Source of the DNA: Candidatus Woesearchaeota archaeon
Lineage (GTDB): Archaea; Nanobdellota; Nanobdellia; Woesearchaeales; UBA525
DNA length: 59,473 nt
Direction of reading: 5' to 3'
Assembly (NCBI GenBank): GCA_014874255.1
Contig: JACWAN010000086.1
Coordinates: 1-59,473, forward strand
Shown one piece after another: positions 40,468 through 48,582 of the stretch. Positions within the stretch are counted from its first letter, which is position 1; every line of letters starts with the position of its first letter. The position numbers and the translations under genes were made by a program. The notes beneath the pieces are model-generated. The model was not told the origin of the DNA, searched no databases, and saw only the letters and a list, made by a program, of their open reading frames with translations.

Positions 40468-41361
40468 ATGAGCAAGAAAGAGTTCTTCCATCGGCCGACG
40501 CCGAAGGAGCTGCGCGCCGGCCCCGGCGTCGAGGAACGCGTCACGTATCCGTACGTCACGGCCGCGCTCATCGAACGGCTCGCGCCGGACGGGCATCTCG
40601 TCGCGGACGGGTTCTGGCCGACGCGCTCCCAGCCGTTCCTTGCGCACGCGCCTCTCCTCCGGCTCTCTGCCGATCGTCGAGTCCGCGAGGAGTCCGACCG
40701 CCGTCTCGCCGCGTGGCGCCGTCGCTGGTCGCCCCTCGCCGGGTTCGGCTGGGCCGCGAACGGCCCGACGAGGAGCGTCCCGCTGAATGACCTGCTCGAG
40801 GGCGTGGCGCTCTACTGGTATGACCTGCACAAGTTCCCCGAGGAGACGTCCGAGAACCGTCAGAAGCGCCTCGAGGACGAGGTGGAGATCTACGGGTTCG
40901 GCGACCCGGGCGCGTACGCCGCGGTCACGATCCCGGGAAGGAGCGGCGCCTCCTACCACGCGCGCATCCAGCCGCTGCCGCTCGACGCCGCGTCCTGGGG
41001 GCGGATGCGGATAGACGCGAAGCATCGCGGCTTCGTCTACCACGGGCCCGGCCTCGACGCGGACGCGTCGCGCATCATGACGACCGAGCACGAGGTGGCG
41101 GCGTTGCTCAAGCTCGAGGAGCAGCTCTGGCGGCGCGGCGAGCGGAACGTCTCGTTCCTCCCCCGTCCGTCGGAAGCGTTCCTCCGGTTCTATCGCGCGG
41201 CGCAGCGCCAGCTCCTCGTCCGCTTGCGGTATGGGGGGAAGACGCGCGTGGCGCGCGCACGCGAGGCGGATGTCGAGCTGGCGGCGTGGGGCTATGTCCG
41301 CAACCACGCGGACGCGTTCCGGCCCGAGAAACGGCTATTTTCGTACGACATCGCTCGATAA
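40468..41361 (+). CDS. Hypothetical protein
   Basis: Long ORF, start MSKKEFF about 30 nt after TTTTTAA; no recognisable motif. Confidence 0.65.
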   Translation: MSKKEFFHRPTPKELRAGPGVEERVTYPYVTAALIERLAPDGHLVADGFWPTRSQPFLAHAPLLRLSADRRVREESDRRLAAWRRRWSPLAGFGWAANGPTRSVPLNDLLEGVALYWYDLHKFPEETSENRQKRLEDEVEIYGFGDPGAYAAVTIPGRSGASYHARIQPLPLDAASWGRMRIDAKHRGFVYHGPGLDADASRIMTTEHEVAALLKLEEQLWRRGERNVSFLPRPSEAFLRFYRAAQRQLLVRLRYGGKTRVARAREADVELAAWGYVRNHADAFRPEKRLFSYDIAR

Positions 41362-41375
41362 AAAAAGGTTCTCGC

Positions 41376-41642
41376 CTACTCCTCTTCCGGGCTGTAGTTC
41401 GGCACGGCGGACTTGTTGATGATCATGATGTCGCCGATGCTCTTGACGAGCTGGTGCGGGACGATGACGCCCTTCGCGCTGCCCAGCACCTTGTTGAGGA
41501 AGCTGTTCTTCGTCGCGCGGACGCGCCACCCGAAGATCTTGTTCTGCGTCAGGATCATCTCCTCGACGTCGCCGAAGTAGTCGCCGGTGTCGGTGAACAC
41601 CTTCATCTCGTACGTCTCCGTTATCCGCTTCATCTTCAGCAT
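41376..41642 (-). CDS. PRC-barrel domain protein (CdpB1-like)
   Basis: KVFTDTGDYFGDVEE, GVIVPHQLVKSIGDIMII; start may be 41651. Confidence 0.85.
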   Translation of the reverse strand: MLKMKRITETYEMKVFTDTGDYFGDVEEMILTQNKIFGWRVRATKNSFLNKVLGSAKGVIVPHQLVKSIGDIMIINKSAVPNYSPEEE

Positions 41643-41708
41643 GCGCATCACCTTGGAGCTTGATATGCTGCTACAAGACCGTCAGTATTTAAATGTTTTG
41701 GGGATGCG

Positions 41709-41876
41709 GGCTCTTAGACAAATGAGGTGTTGCCGGCCAAAGGGCGACCCGTAGCGATAAGAAGAAACGGAGAGTTGAGGGGGTTGCCCCCTACGGGGCT
41801 TCAACGATGCAGCGAAGAACGAAACGACACGGGTCGCAGCCGGCAACACCGCCGAAGGTGAATTTGCCTAAGAGCC
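41709..41876 (+). mobile_element. MITE (family B), copy 4
   Basis: TIRs GGCTCTTAGACAAAT / ATTTGCCTAAGAGCC; flanking direct repeat GGATGCG (41702-41708, 41877-41883). Confidence 0.85.
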
Positions 41877-41929
41877 GGATGCGGCCGCGATGAAAATGCG
41901 GGTCACCGTCCTTCCCTCCGCCGGCCGAT

Positions 41930-41949
41930 CCGTCGCCGGTAGTCGCGCC
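41930..41949 (-). repeat. Displaced copy 1 of the 3' end of the Cys-rich gene (att-like)
   Basis: CCGTCGCCGGTAGTCGCGCC identical to 44517-44536. Confidence 0.85.
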
Positions 41950-42096
41950 GTGGTCGCTGCTGCTCCCGGGTTCCTCGTATGACTCGGAACCGTGGTCGCT
42001 GCTGCTCCCGGGTTCCTCGTATGACTCGGAACCGTGGTCGCTGCTGCTCCCGGGTTCCTCGTATGACTCGGAACCGTGGTCGCTGCTGCTCCCGGG
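41948..42096. repeat. Perfect 42-bp tandem repeat, 3.5 units
   Basis: Unit CCGTGGTCGCTGCTGCTCCCGGGTTCCTCGTATGACTCGGAA. Confidence 0.95.
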
Positions 42097-42104
42097 CGCT
42101 CCTA

Positions 42105-42134
42105 CCGTCAGAACAGTCGCCGGTAGTCGCGCCA
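42105..42134 (-). repeat. Displaced copy 2 of the 3' end of the Cys-rich gene (att-like)
   Basis: 29/30 identical to 44508-44537; reads WRDYRRLF-stop on the minus strand. Confidence 0.9.
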
Positions 42135-42144
42135 CCCTCCTTTC

Positions 42145-42543
42145 TCAGCGCAACCGTTCTTCGAGGAGTTTCGAGAGCTTGCCGATGATGGCCTGGATGC
42201 GCGGCACGTTCCGGCTGACGTAGTCCGCGGGCACCATGAACCCTTCGTACGCAATCCTGTTCCGGTACTCCCTGAGCCCCTGCAGGAAGACCCTCGTCCC
42301 CTCTCCGAGCAGGTATTCCTTGCACGCATGGTCGATCAGCCGGGTGTGCGCGCCGTCGCCCTGCGTCTTGACGCCCTCGACGGCCGCGAGCGCCTCGAGC
42401 AGCTTGTGGATGATGTCGTAGTAGTCGGTCAGGGTGTTGGAGGGATAGGCCTCCTTCTCGGTCAGTTCGAGCCGTTCGAGGGTGACCATCGCCATCTTCC
42501 TGAGCGAGGCGGCCTTCTGCGGGTCCGGACGCACCTTCCGCAT
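42145..42543 (-). CDS. HEPN-like protein (partner of the MNT)
   Basis: YYDIIH.LLEAL...G.K....AH; LREYRNRIAYEG; directly downstream of the MNT gene. Confidence 0.75.
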   Translation of the reverse strand: MRKVRPDPQKAASLRKMAMVTLERLELTEKEAYPSNTLTDYYDIIHKLLEALAAVEGVKTQGDGAHTRLIDHACKEYLLGEGTRVFLQGLREYRNRIAYEGFMVPADYVSRNVPRIQAIIGKLSKLLEERLR

Positions 42544-43098
42544 TCAGAACGCCTCCAGATAGCCGCTCAGGACGACGCCGTTCGCGATGTTGTTCTTCAG
42601 TTCCGCAGGGTAGCGCTTGAACTCCGCTCTGCGGTGGAGCTGGATCCTCCGTCCGAGCTTCCGCTCGAACGACGCGAGGTCGGGCGCCTCGGCCTCGCAG
42701 GCGAGGTAGAGGTCGATGTCGCTCTCTTCCAGGTCCTCTCCCTTGGCGTAGCTCCCGAAGAGGACGATCGCGTCAGGGAGCATCTTCTCCTGCAGGAAGG
42801 CGATGAGATGCGTCTCTTCCAGCTGGAGGAGGTTCTGGATGCGTTTCGCTGAGCGGTAGGTCTCGCTCTCCACGTCTGCACGGTACTTGATGTATCGTCG
42901 CCCCCCCTGGAGCTCGATCCGCTCGCGGATGATGCCTTCCTTCCTGAGCGCCGCGAGATGCGCCTTGACGGAGGTGTGGGCGAGCTTCACCTTCCGCGTC
43001 ACGTCGACGAGGCCGTGCTCCTTCCCGGGTTCCCGGAAGAAGACGCCCGCCACCCGCCACATACTACATTTTTGTAACATGTGTGACATTTTTGTCAC
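42544..43098 (-). CDS. wHTH + minimal nucleotidyltransferase (MNT) antitoxin
   Basis: N-terminal HTH; IVLFGSYAKGED..ESDIDLY; start may be 43080. Confidence 0.88.
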   Translation of the reverse strand: MTKMSHMLQKCSMWRVAGVFFREPGKEHGLVDVTRKVKLAHTSVKAHLAALRKEGIIRERIELQGGRRYIKYRADVESETYRSAKRIQNLLQLEETHLIAFLQEKMLPDAIVLFGSYAKGEDLEESDIDLYLACEAEAPDLASFERKLGRRIQLHRRAEFKRYPAELKNNIANGVVLSGYLEAF

Positions 43099-43099
43099 A
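43082..43099. promoter_or_regulatory. Palindromic operator of the MNT-HEPN operon
   Basis: TGTGACA-N4-TGTCACA next to the start and TATA box. Confidence 0.6.
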
Positions 43100-43229
43100 T
43101 CTCCTATTTAAATGTTGTCGATCGGTGGCCGATCCTCCGTATCTCCGGAGCGTTTCCGGATTCTTTCCCGCAACCGTTAAGAAGGTTTTTCTCCTCACTC
43201 AGCTATCGCTCGGTGCAAACATTTTTAAA

Positions 43230-43255
43230 GTATACTGTAGTATACTGAGGTATAC
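43230..43255. promoter_or_regulatory. Triple GTATAC operator of the RelBE-like operon
   Basis: GTATAC at 43230, 43240 and 43250 (10-bp period) between TATA and ATG. Confidence 0.6.
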
Positions 43256-43256
43256 C

Positions 43257-43505
43257 ATGAGCGTGACGACCATCAAGGTGCGGGGCGAGACGAAAGCGCT
43301 GCTCGACGGCTTCCGCGAGCATCCATCGGAGAGCTACGACCTCATCGTGCGGAAGCTCGCGAGCGTGGCGAAGGTCGCCTGGAACGAGCCGAAGCTCAGC
43401 AAGCAGACCGTCCGGGAGATCGACGCCGCACGCAAGAGGATCGCCGCAGGCGAGTACTACACCGAGCAAGAGCTGAAACGGCTGCTCGGTGTGCGCCATG
43501 CATGA
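43257..43505 (+). CDS. Antitoxin (RHH/RelB-like)
   Basis: TTIKV..ETK..L...ESYD; I..AR..I..GEYYT.QELK. Confidence 0.8.
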   Translation: MSVTTIKVRGETKALLDGFREHPSESYDLIVRKLASVAKVAWNEPKLSKQTVREIDAARKRIAAGEYYTEQELKRLLGVRHA

Positions 43506-43741
43506 ATTGATCATCGACAAGGAGGCGGCGAAGGCCTTGGCGAAGCTCCCGCGGCGGGCGAGCGGTCGGATGCTCCGGGAAGTTGTTCGCATCGAAGGAT
43601 GATCCGTACCGCTTCTTCTCCCGTCTCGTCGGCAGGACGGATTATCGGCTGCGCGTCGGCGACTATCGCGTCTTCGCGGAGATCGACGCAGTACGGATGG
43701 TGGTGACTGTGGTCAAGCACCGCAGGGACGCCCATGACTAG
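43498..43741 (+). pseudogene. RelE/ParE toxin, frameshifted
   Basis: First frame MHELIIDKEAAKALAKLP...; after removing one G from GGG at 43577-43579 it continues ...DYRLRVGDYRVF...KHRRDAHD-stop. Confidence 0.8.
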
Positions 43742-43764
43742 AACCGTCGCTTATAGTCTCTCCA
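43738..43764 (-). repeat. Displaced copy 3 of the 3' end of the Cys-rich gene, synonymously recoded
   Basis: Minus strand TGG AGA GAC TAT AAG CGA CGG TTC TAG = WRDYKRRF-stop versus gene WRDYRRRF-stop. Confidence 0.8.
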
Positions 43765-43904
43765 TGGTCGCTGCCGCTTTCGGAAGACGGTCGTGCGTTC
43801 CGGACGCTCTCCGGTTTTTTCTCAGCAACCTTTTTCTATCCCTCCCTCCTCTTCTGCACAGACGAGAGCGAAAAATTTAAAAAGCAGTTTACTGTACAAA
43901 CTGT

Positions 43905-44135
43905 ATGGTGAGTGTCACTGTGGCCGTTACGCCGGACCTGAAGCAGGAGATGGAGCGTTACCAGGATGTCAACTGGAGCGCGGTCGCGCGGGACGCGATC
44001 CAGCGCAAGCTCCTCGTGCTCCAGCGGATGGACGAGCTCCTCAAGGACAGCACGCTCACTGAGAAGGATGCGCTCTCGCTCGGCCGCAAGGTGAACGCGG
44101 CGATGGCGAGGCATCCCCGTGCGTCTCGTCGTTGA
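43905..44135 (+). CDS. Antitoxin (RHH, VapB-like)
   Basis: VSVTVAV..DLKQEM...VNWSAVAR.AI; operator CAGTTT-N7-AAACTG at 43885-43903. Confidence 0.8.
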   Translation: MVSVTVAVTPDLKQEMERYQDVNWSAVARDAIQRKLLVLQRMDELLKDSTLTEKDALSLGRKVNAAMARHPRASRR

Positions 44136-44529
44136 TGCGAACATCCTCTTCGCCGCGCTCGTCAGGGACGGCCTGACCCGCCAGCTTCTCTTCGAGCACG
44201 AGCTGCTCGCGCCGACGTTGATGCTGCGGGAGTTCCGCAAACATCGTGCCGTGCTCGAACGGAAGACCGGATTGCGTGACCACCTCCTCGACGAGCTTCT
44301 CTCCCTGCTTATCCAAGGTTCTGGCCTGCGTTTCCTCGAGCCGAGCGGTCGGATGCTCCGGGAAGCGGAACGCTTCTCCCCCGACAAGGGCGATGTCGAC
44401 TATCTCGCCCTCTGTCTCGATGAGGGCTGTGATCTCTGGTCGAACGACAAGCCGCTCCGTGGACAGGCGCGCGTCCGTGTCTGGTCGACGGAAGAGCTTT
44501 TCGGGAGCCGTCAGAACCGTCGCCGGTAG
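44119..44529 (+). CDS. PIN-domain toxin (VapC-like)
   Basis: LVVDANILFAAL, PDKGD..YLAL, LWSNDK.L. Confidence 0.9.
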   Translation: MRLVVDANILFAALVRDGLTRQLLFEHELLAPTLMLREFRKHRAVLERKTGLRDHLLDELLSLLIQGSGLRFLEPSGRMLREAERFSPDKGDVDYLALCLDEGCDLWSNDKPLRGQARVRVWSTEELFGSRQNRRR

Positions 44530-47500
44530 TCGCGCCATTCCCGTTCGATCTGCTCCTCGTCCTCGCCGTTCTGCCGCGCGATGCCGTAGAACTCTTCCTT
44601 GCTCACGTGCTTCTGCGGCCCGGAGCGCGGCCCGAACCGCTGGAAGAAGATGAAGAGGAACCCCACCACGGGGACGAGGAGGAGGGAGAGCCACGGGCTC
44701 AACGGCCGGCCGACGCTCTGCGCGTACGCCAACGCCCGTAGCTGGGCGGCGCAGTCCGGGCTGATGTCCTTCGGCACGGTGAACCGGATCGTCTGCGCCT
44801 GGTCGAGGGTGTCGAACTGCCAGACGATGAGGGGGTCGTCCTGCACGACCTGGTAGTCGCCGCTCAGGTTGAGTTCGGACGCTTTCCCAGCCATGCATTT
44901 CGGGATCTCGATGGGGACGCGGAGCCCGCCGAGGCTCTTGCTCGGCGTGAGGGTCAGGTCGAACGCGGTGCCGTTGTCCGTCTTCTCCGTCTTGACGCCG
45001 ATGCTGAGCGCGTCCTTCGTCTTGTTCCACGCGTCGAGGAGCGACCCGTTCGCCTCCTGCGTGTAGGTGATGTTCGCGATCTCGATGAAGGAGAGGTAGG
45101 TGGGCTGGATGGGTCCGTTCGCGGCCGCGATCACGTCCTGCCGGGCGACGAGCCGCCCCACGGTGAAGCGGAGCGTCGTCGGCGACAGCGGCCGCATCTC
45201 CGCCCCGGTCACCTGCAGGGCCGACGGCACGTCGACGATGGTCTGGTAGATGGTCGCGGTGAACCCGACGTTGTCCAGGGGGGCTGCGCCGAGGTTCGAG
45301 ACCGAGAAGTCGAGGGCGCCGTCCCGGAGGCCGACCTTGATGAAGACGGGGCCGTTCGTCGCGAGGATGTCTTCCAGGTCGGCCGCGACCGTCGCGCTCT
45401 GGTTGATGACCTGCTGCGGCTGGCACCGGCTCAGGGTGCAGTCGCCCGGGTTGACGCACGAGTAGCCGTTGCCGCAGTCGCTGTCCTGGTCGCAGATGAC
45501 GCTGCAGTTCTGGACCGTGACGCACTTCCCGGCCTGGCACTGCTGGGCCGCGGTGCATTGGTTGCTGCACGCGCCGCAGTTGTCGTGGCTGCCCTGGAGG
45601 TCGACGCATTGGCCGTCGCAGCTCGTCGTGCCGGGCTGCGACTGGCAGGGCCGGAGCTGGACGCACTGGCCGCTGCCGCCGCTGACCGTGCATTCCTGCT
45701 CGTCCGTGCATGTGCGGACCGGCAGGGAGGCGTTGCAGCTCGGGTCGTACTGGACGAGGTCGTTGCCGATGCAGCGGAGCGTCGTCGGGCCCGTGCACTG
45801 GAGGCAGGAGTTCTCGTTCGCGCACCGGCCGCTCGCGCACGCCTGCCCGCTGTTCCAGACGTACGAGACGCCGTTCCACGTGCAGCTCCGCATCCGGCCG
45901 TCGCTGCACTCCGTGTCCCCCGCCGAGCAGGCGTCCTGCGGCGTGCAGTCGAGGCACGTGCATTCCCCGTTGGCGCAGACGCCTTGCCTGCCGTCGCTGA
46001 GCGTGCAGGACGCGGTGTTCGCCACATGGGTGCACGCGCCTGCGGCGCAGTGGTCGTCGGTGCAGGCGTTGCCGTCGTCGCACTGGCCGTTCGCCGTGCA
46101 GCCCGGAGCGGCGCACTGGCCGCCGCTGCAGGCCTGGCCGGCGGGGCAGTTCGCGGGCGCGCTCCACGCGTAGCACGCGCTCCCGGGCAGCTGGCTGCAC
46201 GTCTGGGTCTGGTTGGCGCTGCACCGCGACGTGCCGGGCACGCAGGGGTTGCTGCACGCGACGCAGATGCCGTTGCTGCATGAGCCCGCCTGATCGCCGA
46301 CGCTGCACGCCGTCGCGTCCGCGACGTTCGTGTACTGGCACGTGGAGTCGACGCATTGCGCGGTCTGGCACTGGCCTCCCTGCGTGCAGGACGCGTTCGT
46401 GATGTAGCAGTTCGCCGCTAGGCAGCTCGTCGCGTCCGCGCACTGTCCGGTCGTGCACTCGGTGGTGTTCCAGCCGAGCCAGCCGCCCTTGTCCACGCAC
46501 GTGCTGAGGCTGCCGCTGCTGCACGCCGTCGTGCCCGGGGAGCTGCATTGGCTCAGGGGGACGCAGGCGTGGACGGTCGCGCTGCACGTGGCGCCGCCCG
46601 TGCACGTGGCGCCGTTGTCCACGAGGCCGTCGCAGTTGTCGTCGAGGCCGTTGCAGATCTCCGTCGCGCCGGGGTGGATCGCCGCGTTGGTGTCGTCGCA
46701 GTCCTGGCTGTTCGTCACGTAGCCGCCGGGCGGGCTCACCGCCTGGATCGTCACGGCGGGGTCGCCGTACCCGTCCCCGTCCGCGTCCTTGTAGTAGGTG
46801 TGGACGGGGAGGCACTGCCCCGCGCTGCAGATGCGGTTCGTGCCGCATGACGTCCCGTCCGCGAGGTCCGCGTGAGTGCACGTGCCGGCGGCGACGCTGC
46901 ACGCGTCCGTCGTGCACGGGTTGTCGTCGTTGCAGTCGGCGTCCTTGGCGCACGAGCCGCACGACGCGCCGCCGCTGCCCGTGACGCAGGTGATCGCGCA
47001 CGTCTGCTCGTCGGTCCAGTAGCTGCACCCGTACGCGTTCGCGCTGCAGGATTGGATGGTGTTGCCGCTGCACCGCGTCGTGCCCGTGCATCCCTCGTAC
47101 GGCGATGCCTGCTGCACGCAGGCGCAGGTGCCGCCCTGGTTGACGTAGCCGGCGGAGCAGCCGTAGCAGCTCGTCGGGCTCGTGCAGAAGTACTGGCTGA
47201 AGAGCGTCGCGTGCGCCGGCGCGGGCGACGCGCAGAAGTACGGGTTCGCGCAGGACGCGACGCACTGGCCGCCGCTGCATGTCTGGCCGGCGCCGCACGT
47301 GCCGCAGCTGCCGCCGCACCCGTCGTCGCCGCATTGTTTGCCGGCGCAGTTCGCCGGGCGCGGATCAGTCGCCTGGCACGCGCCGTACTGGCCGTTGCTG
47401 CAGTACTTCGTCCCGGTCGCGGTGCACGTGCCGAACGCGGCGGTGCAGTTCGCCGAGGCGGCTCCGCAGTTCAGCGTGCCGCCGCACGTGTCGGATTGCT

Positions 47501-48542
47501 GGCCGCAGTTGTAGCCGAGCGCGCTGCACGTCGGCGGAGACAACGGGGTGCACGTCGACGCTGGCGGCGTCCACGCGCCGCTGCTGCACGTCTGCTTGAG
47601 CGTGTTCGCGCACTCCCCGCTGCCGCACGAGACCGTGTTCGTCTGGCCGGCGCTGCACTCCGTCCCGACGCACTGGCCGCTGCTGCAGACCTGGCCGGAG
47701 GGGCAGGCGTGGCCGCATGATCCGCAGTTGTTCGTGTCCGTCTGGAGGTTGAGGCACGTCGCCGTGCTCCCGCTGCCGCACTGCGAATAGCCGGCGTTGC
47801 ACGTGCACGTCCCGCCGCTCTGGTGCGCGTTCGCGTTGCACGCGTAGCAGCTCCCCGCGTCGCAGTAGTACTGGTTGAAGAGCGTCGCGAGCGTCCCCGC
47901 GCTCCCGCAGAAATACGGGCTGCCCAGCGCGGCGCAGGACGGCTTGCACGCGCCGTTCCCCGTGCACACGCTCCCCGCCGGGCACGTCTGGAAGTTCCCC
48001 CACGAGAGACACGAGCTCCCCCCATAATACCCGCACGTCTCGCTGACCGTGCGGCTGGAACAAGCGGTATCATATAGTTTTCCGCAAGTATCAGTGCATG
48101 AAGTTGTGCATTGACCGCTTGATGCGTCGCACGTCGTGTTAGAACCGCACGTCTGCACGTACTGCCACTGGAGGCAGCCGCTCACGCTCGTACACACGTA
48201 CAAGTCCTGGTTCGACGTCCCCGTGCACGAATGCGTGTTGGCTGTCGTGCACGTCGGCGTACAGTTCGCCACGCACGTCGTTCCGTCCCAGTTATATCCC
48301 GATGCGCAGCCATAGCATTGTTGCGGAGAAACGCAGACATAAGGTTCAAGAATTGAATGTGCTGGTTGGGAACCAACACAAAAATAAGGGTTTGGACAAA
48401 AATTGTCGCAATCACCGCACGGAGGGAATTGACCGGTTTCTCCTGGTTCGCAGATGTTGTTATTATTGCAGCTTGCTTGGACAAAGCGAGGGATAACTAT
48501 GAATATGATGAGGATAAGTAAGATCTCCCACCTCCACTTCAT
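44511..48542 (-). CDS. Giant Cys-rich membrane-anchored surface protein
   Basis: Signal peptide; many disulfide-rich repeats (DxDGDGYG...EICNGLDDNCDG metal-binding motif, CNDDNPCTTDAC, DTNNCGSCG.AC); C-terminal beta domain and TM helix. Confidence 0.88.
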   Translation of the reverse strand: MKWRWEILLILIIFIVIPRFVQASCNNNNICEPGETGQFPPCGDCDNFCPNPYFCVGSQPAHSILEPYVCVSPQQCYGCASGYNWDGTTCVANCTPTCTTANTHSCTGTSNQDLYVCTSVSGCLQWQYVQTCGSNTTCDASSGQCTTSCTDTCGKLYDTACSSRTVSETCGYYGGSSCLSWGNFQTCPAGSVCTGNGACKPSCAALGSPYFCGSAGTLATLFNQYYCDAGSCYACNANAHQSGGTCTCNAGYSQCGSGSTATCLNLQTDTNNCGSCGHACPSGQVCSSGQCVGTECSAGQTNTVSCGSGECANTLKQTCSSGAWTPPASTCTPLSPPTCSALGYNCGQQSDTCGGTLNCGAASANCTAAFGTCTATGTKYCSNGQYGACQATDPRPANCAGKQCGDDGCGGSCGTCGAGQTCSGGQCVASCANPYFCASPAPAHATLFSQYFCTSPTSCYGCSAGYVNQGGTCACVQQASPYEGCTGTTRCSGNTIQSCSANAYGCSYWTDEQTCAITCVTGSGGASCGSCAKDADCNDDNPCTTDACSVAAGTCTHADLADGTSCGTNRICSAGQCLPVHTYYKDADGDGYGDPAVTIQAVSPPGGYVTNSQDCDDTNAAIHPGATEICNGLDDNCDGLVDNGATCTGGATCSATVHACVPLSQCSSPGTTACSSGSLSTCVDKGGWLGWNTTECTTGQCADATSCLAANCYITNASCTQGGQCQTAQCVDSTCQYTNVADATACSVGDQAGSCSNGICVACSNPCVPGTSRCSANQTQTCSQLPGSACYAWSAPANCPAGQACSGGQCAAPGCTANGQCDDGNACTDDHCAAGACTHVANTASCTLSDGRQGVCANGECTCLDCTPQDACSAGDTECSDGRMRSCTWNGVSYVWNSGQACASGRCANENSCLQCTGPTTLRCIGNDLVQYDPSCNASLPVRTCTDEQECTVSGGSGQCVQLRPCQSQPGTTSCDGQCVDLQGSHDNCGACSNQCTAAQQCQAGKCVTVQNCSVICDQDSDCGNGYSCVNPGDCTLSRCQPQQVINQSATVAADLEDILATNGPVFIKVGLRDGALDFSVSNLGAAPLDNVGFTATIYQTIVDVPSALQVTGAEMRPLSPTTLRFTVGRLVARQDVIAAANGPIQPTYLSFIEIANITYTQEANGSLLDAWNKTKDALSIGVKTEKTDNGTAFDLTLTPSKSLGGLRVPIEIPKCMAGKASELNLSGDYQVVQDDPLIVWQFDTLDQAQTIRFTVPKDISPDCAAQLRALAYAQSVGRPLSPWLSLLLVPVVGFLFIFFQRFGPRSGPQKHVSKEEFYGIARQNGEDEEQIEREWRDYRRRF

Positions 48543-48582
48543 GATGAAGATTTAGAAGAATTCGTTTTAAAAACTTTCTGCC

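Noticed and set aside
41948..42096. CRISPR array
   Set aside because: Units are fully identical with no unique spacers; no cas genes in the window
43738..44537. Diversity-generating retroelement TR/VR pair (five of seven differences fall on adenines of the copy, at a gene 3' end)
   Set aside because: Only 27 bp, two non-A differences, mostly synonymous changes explicable by GC3 bias, and no reverse transcriptase in the window
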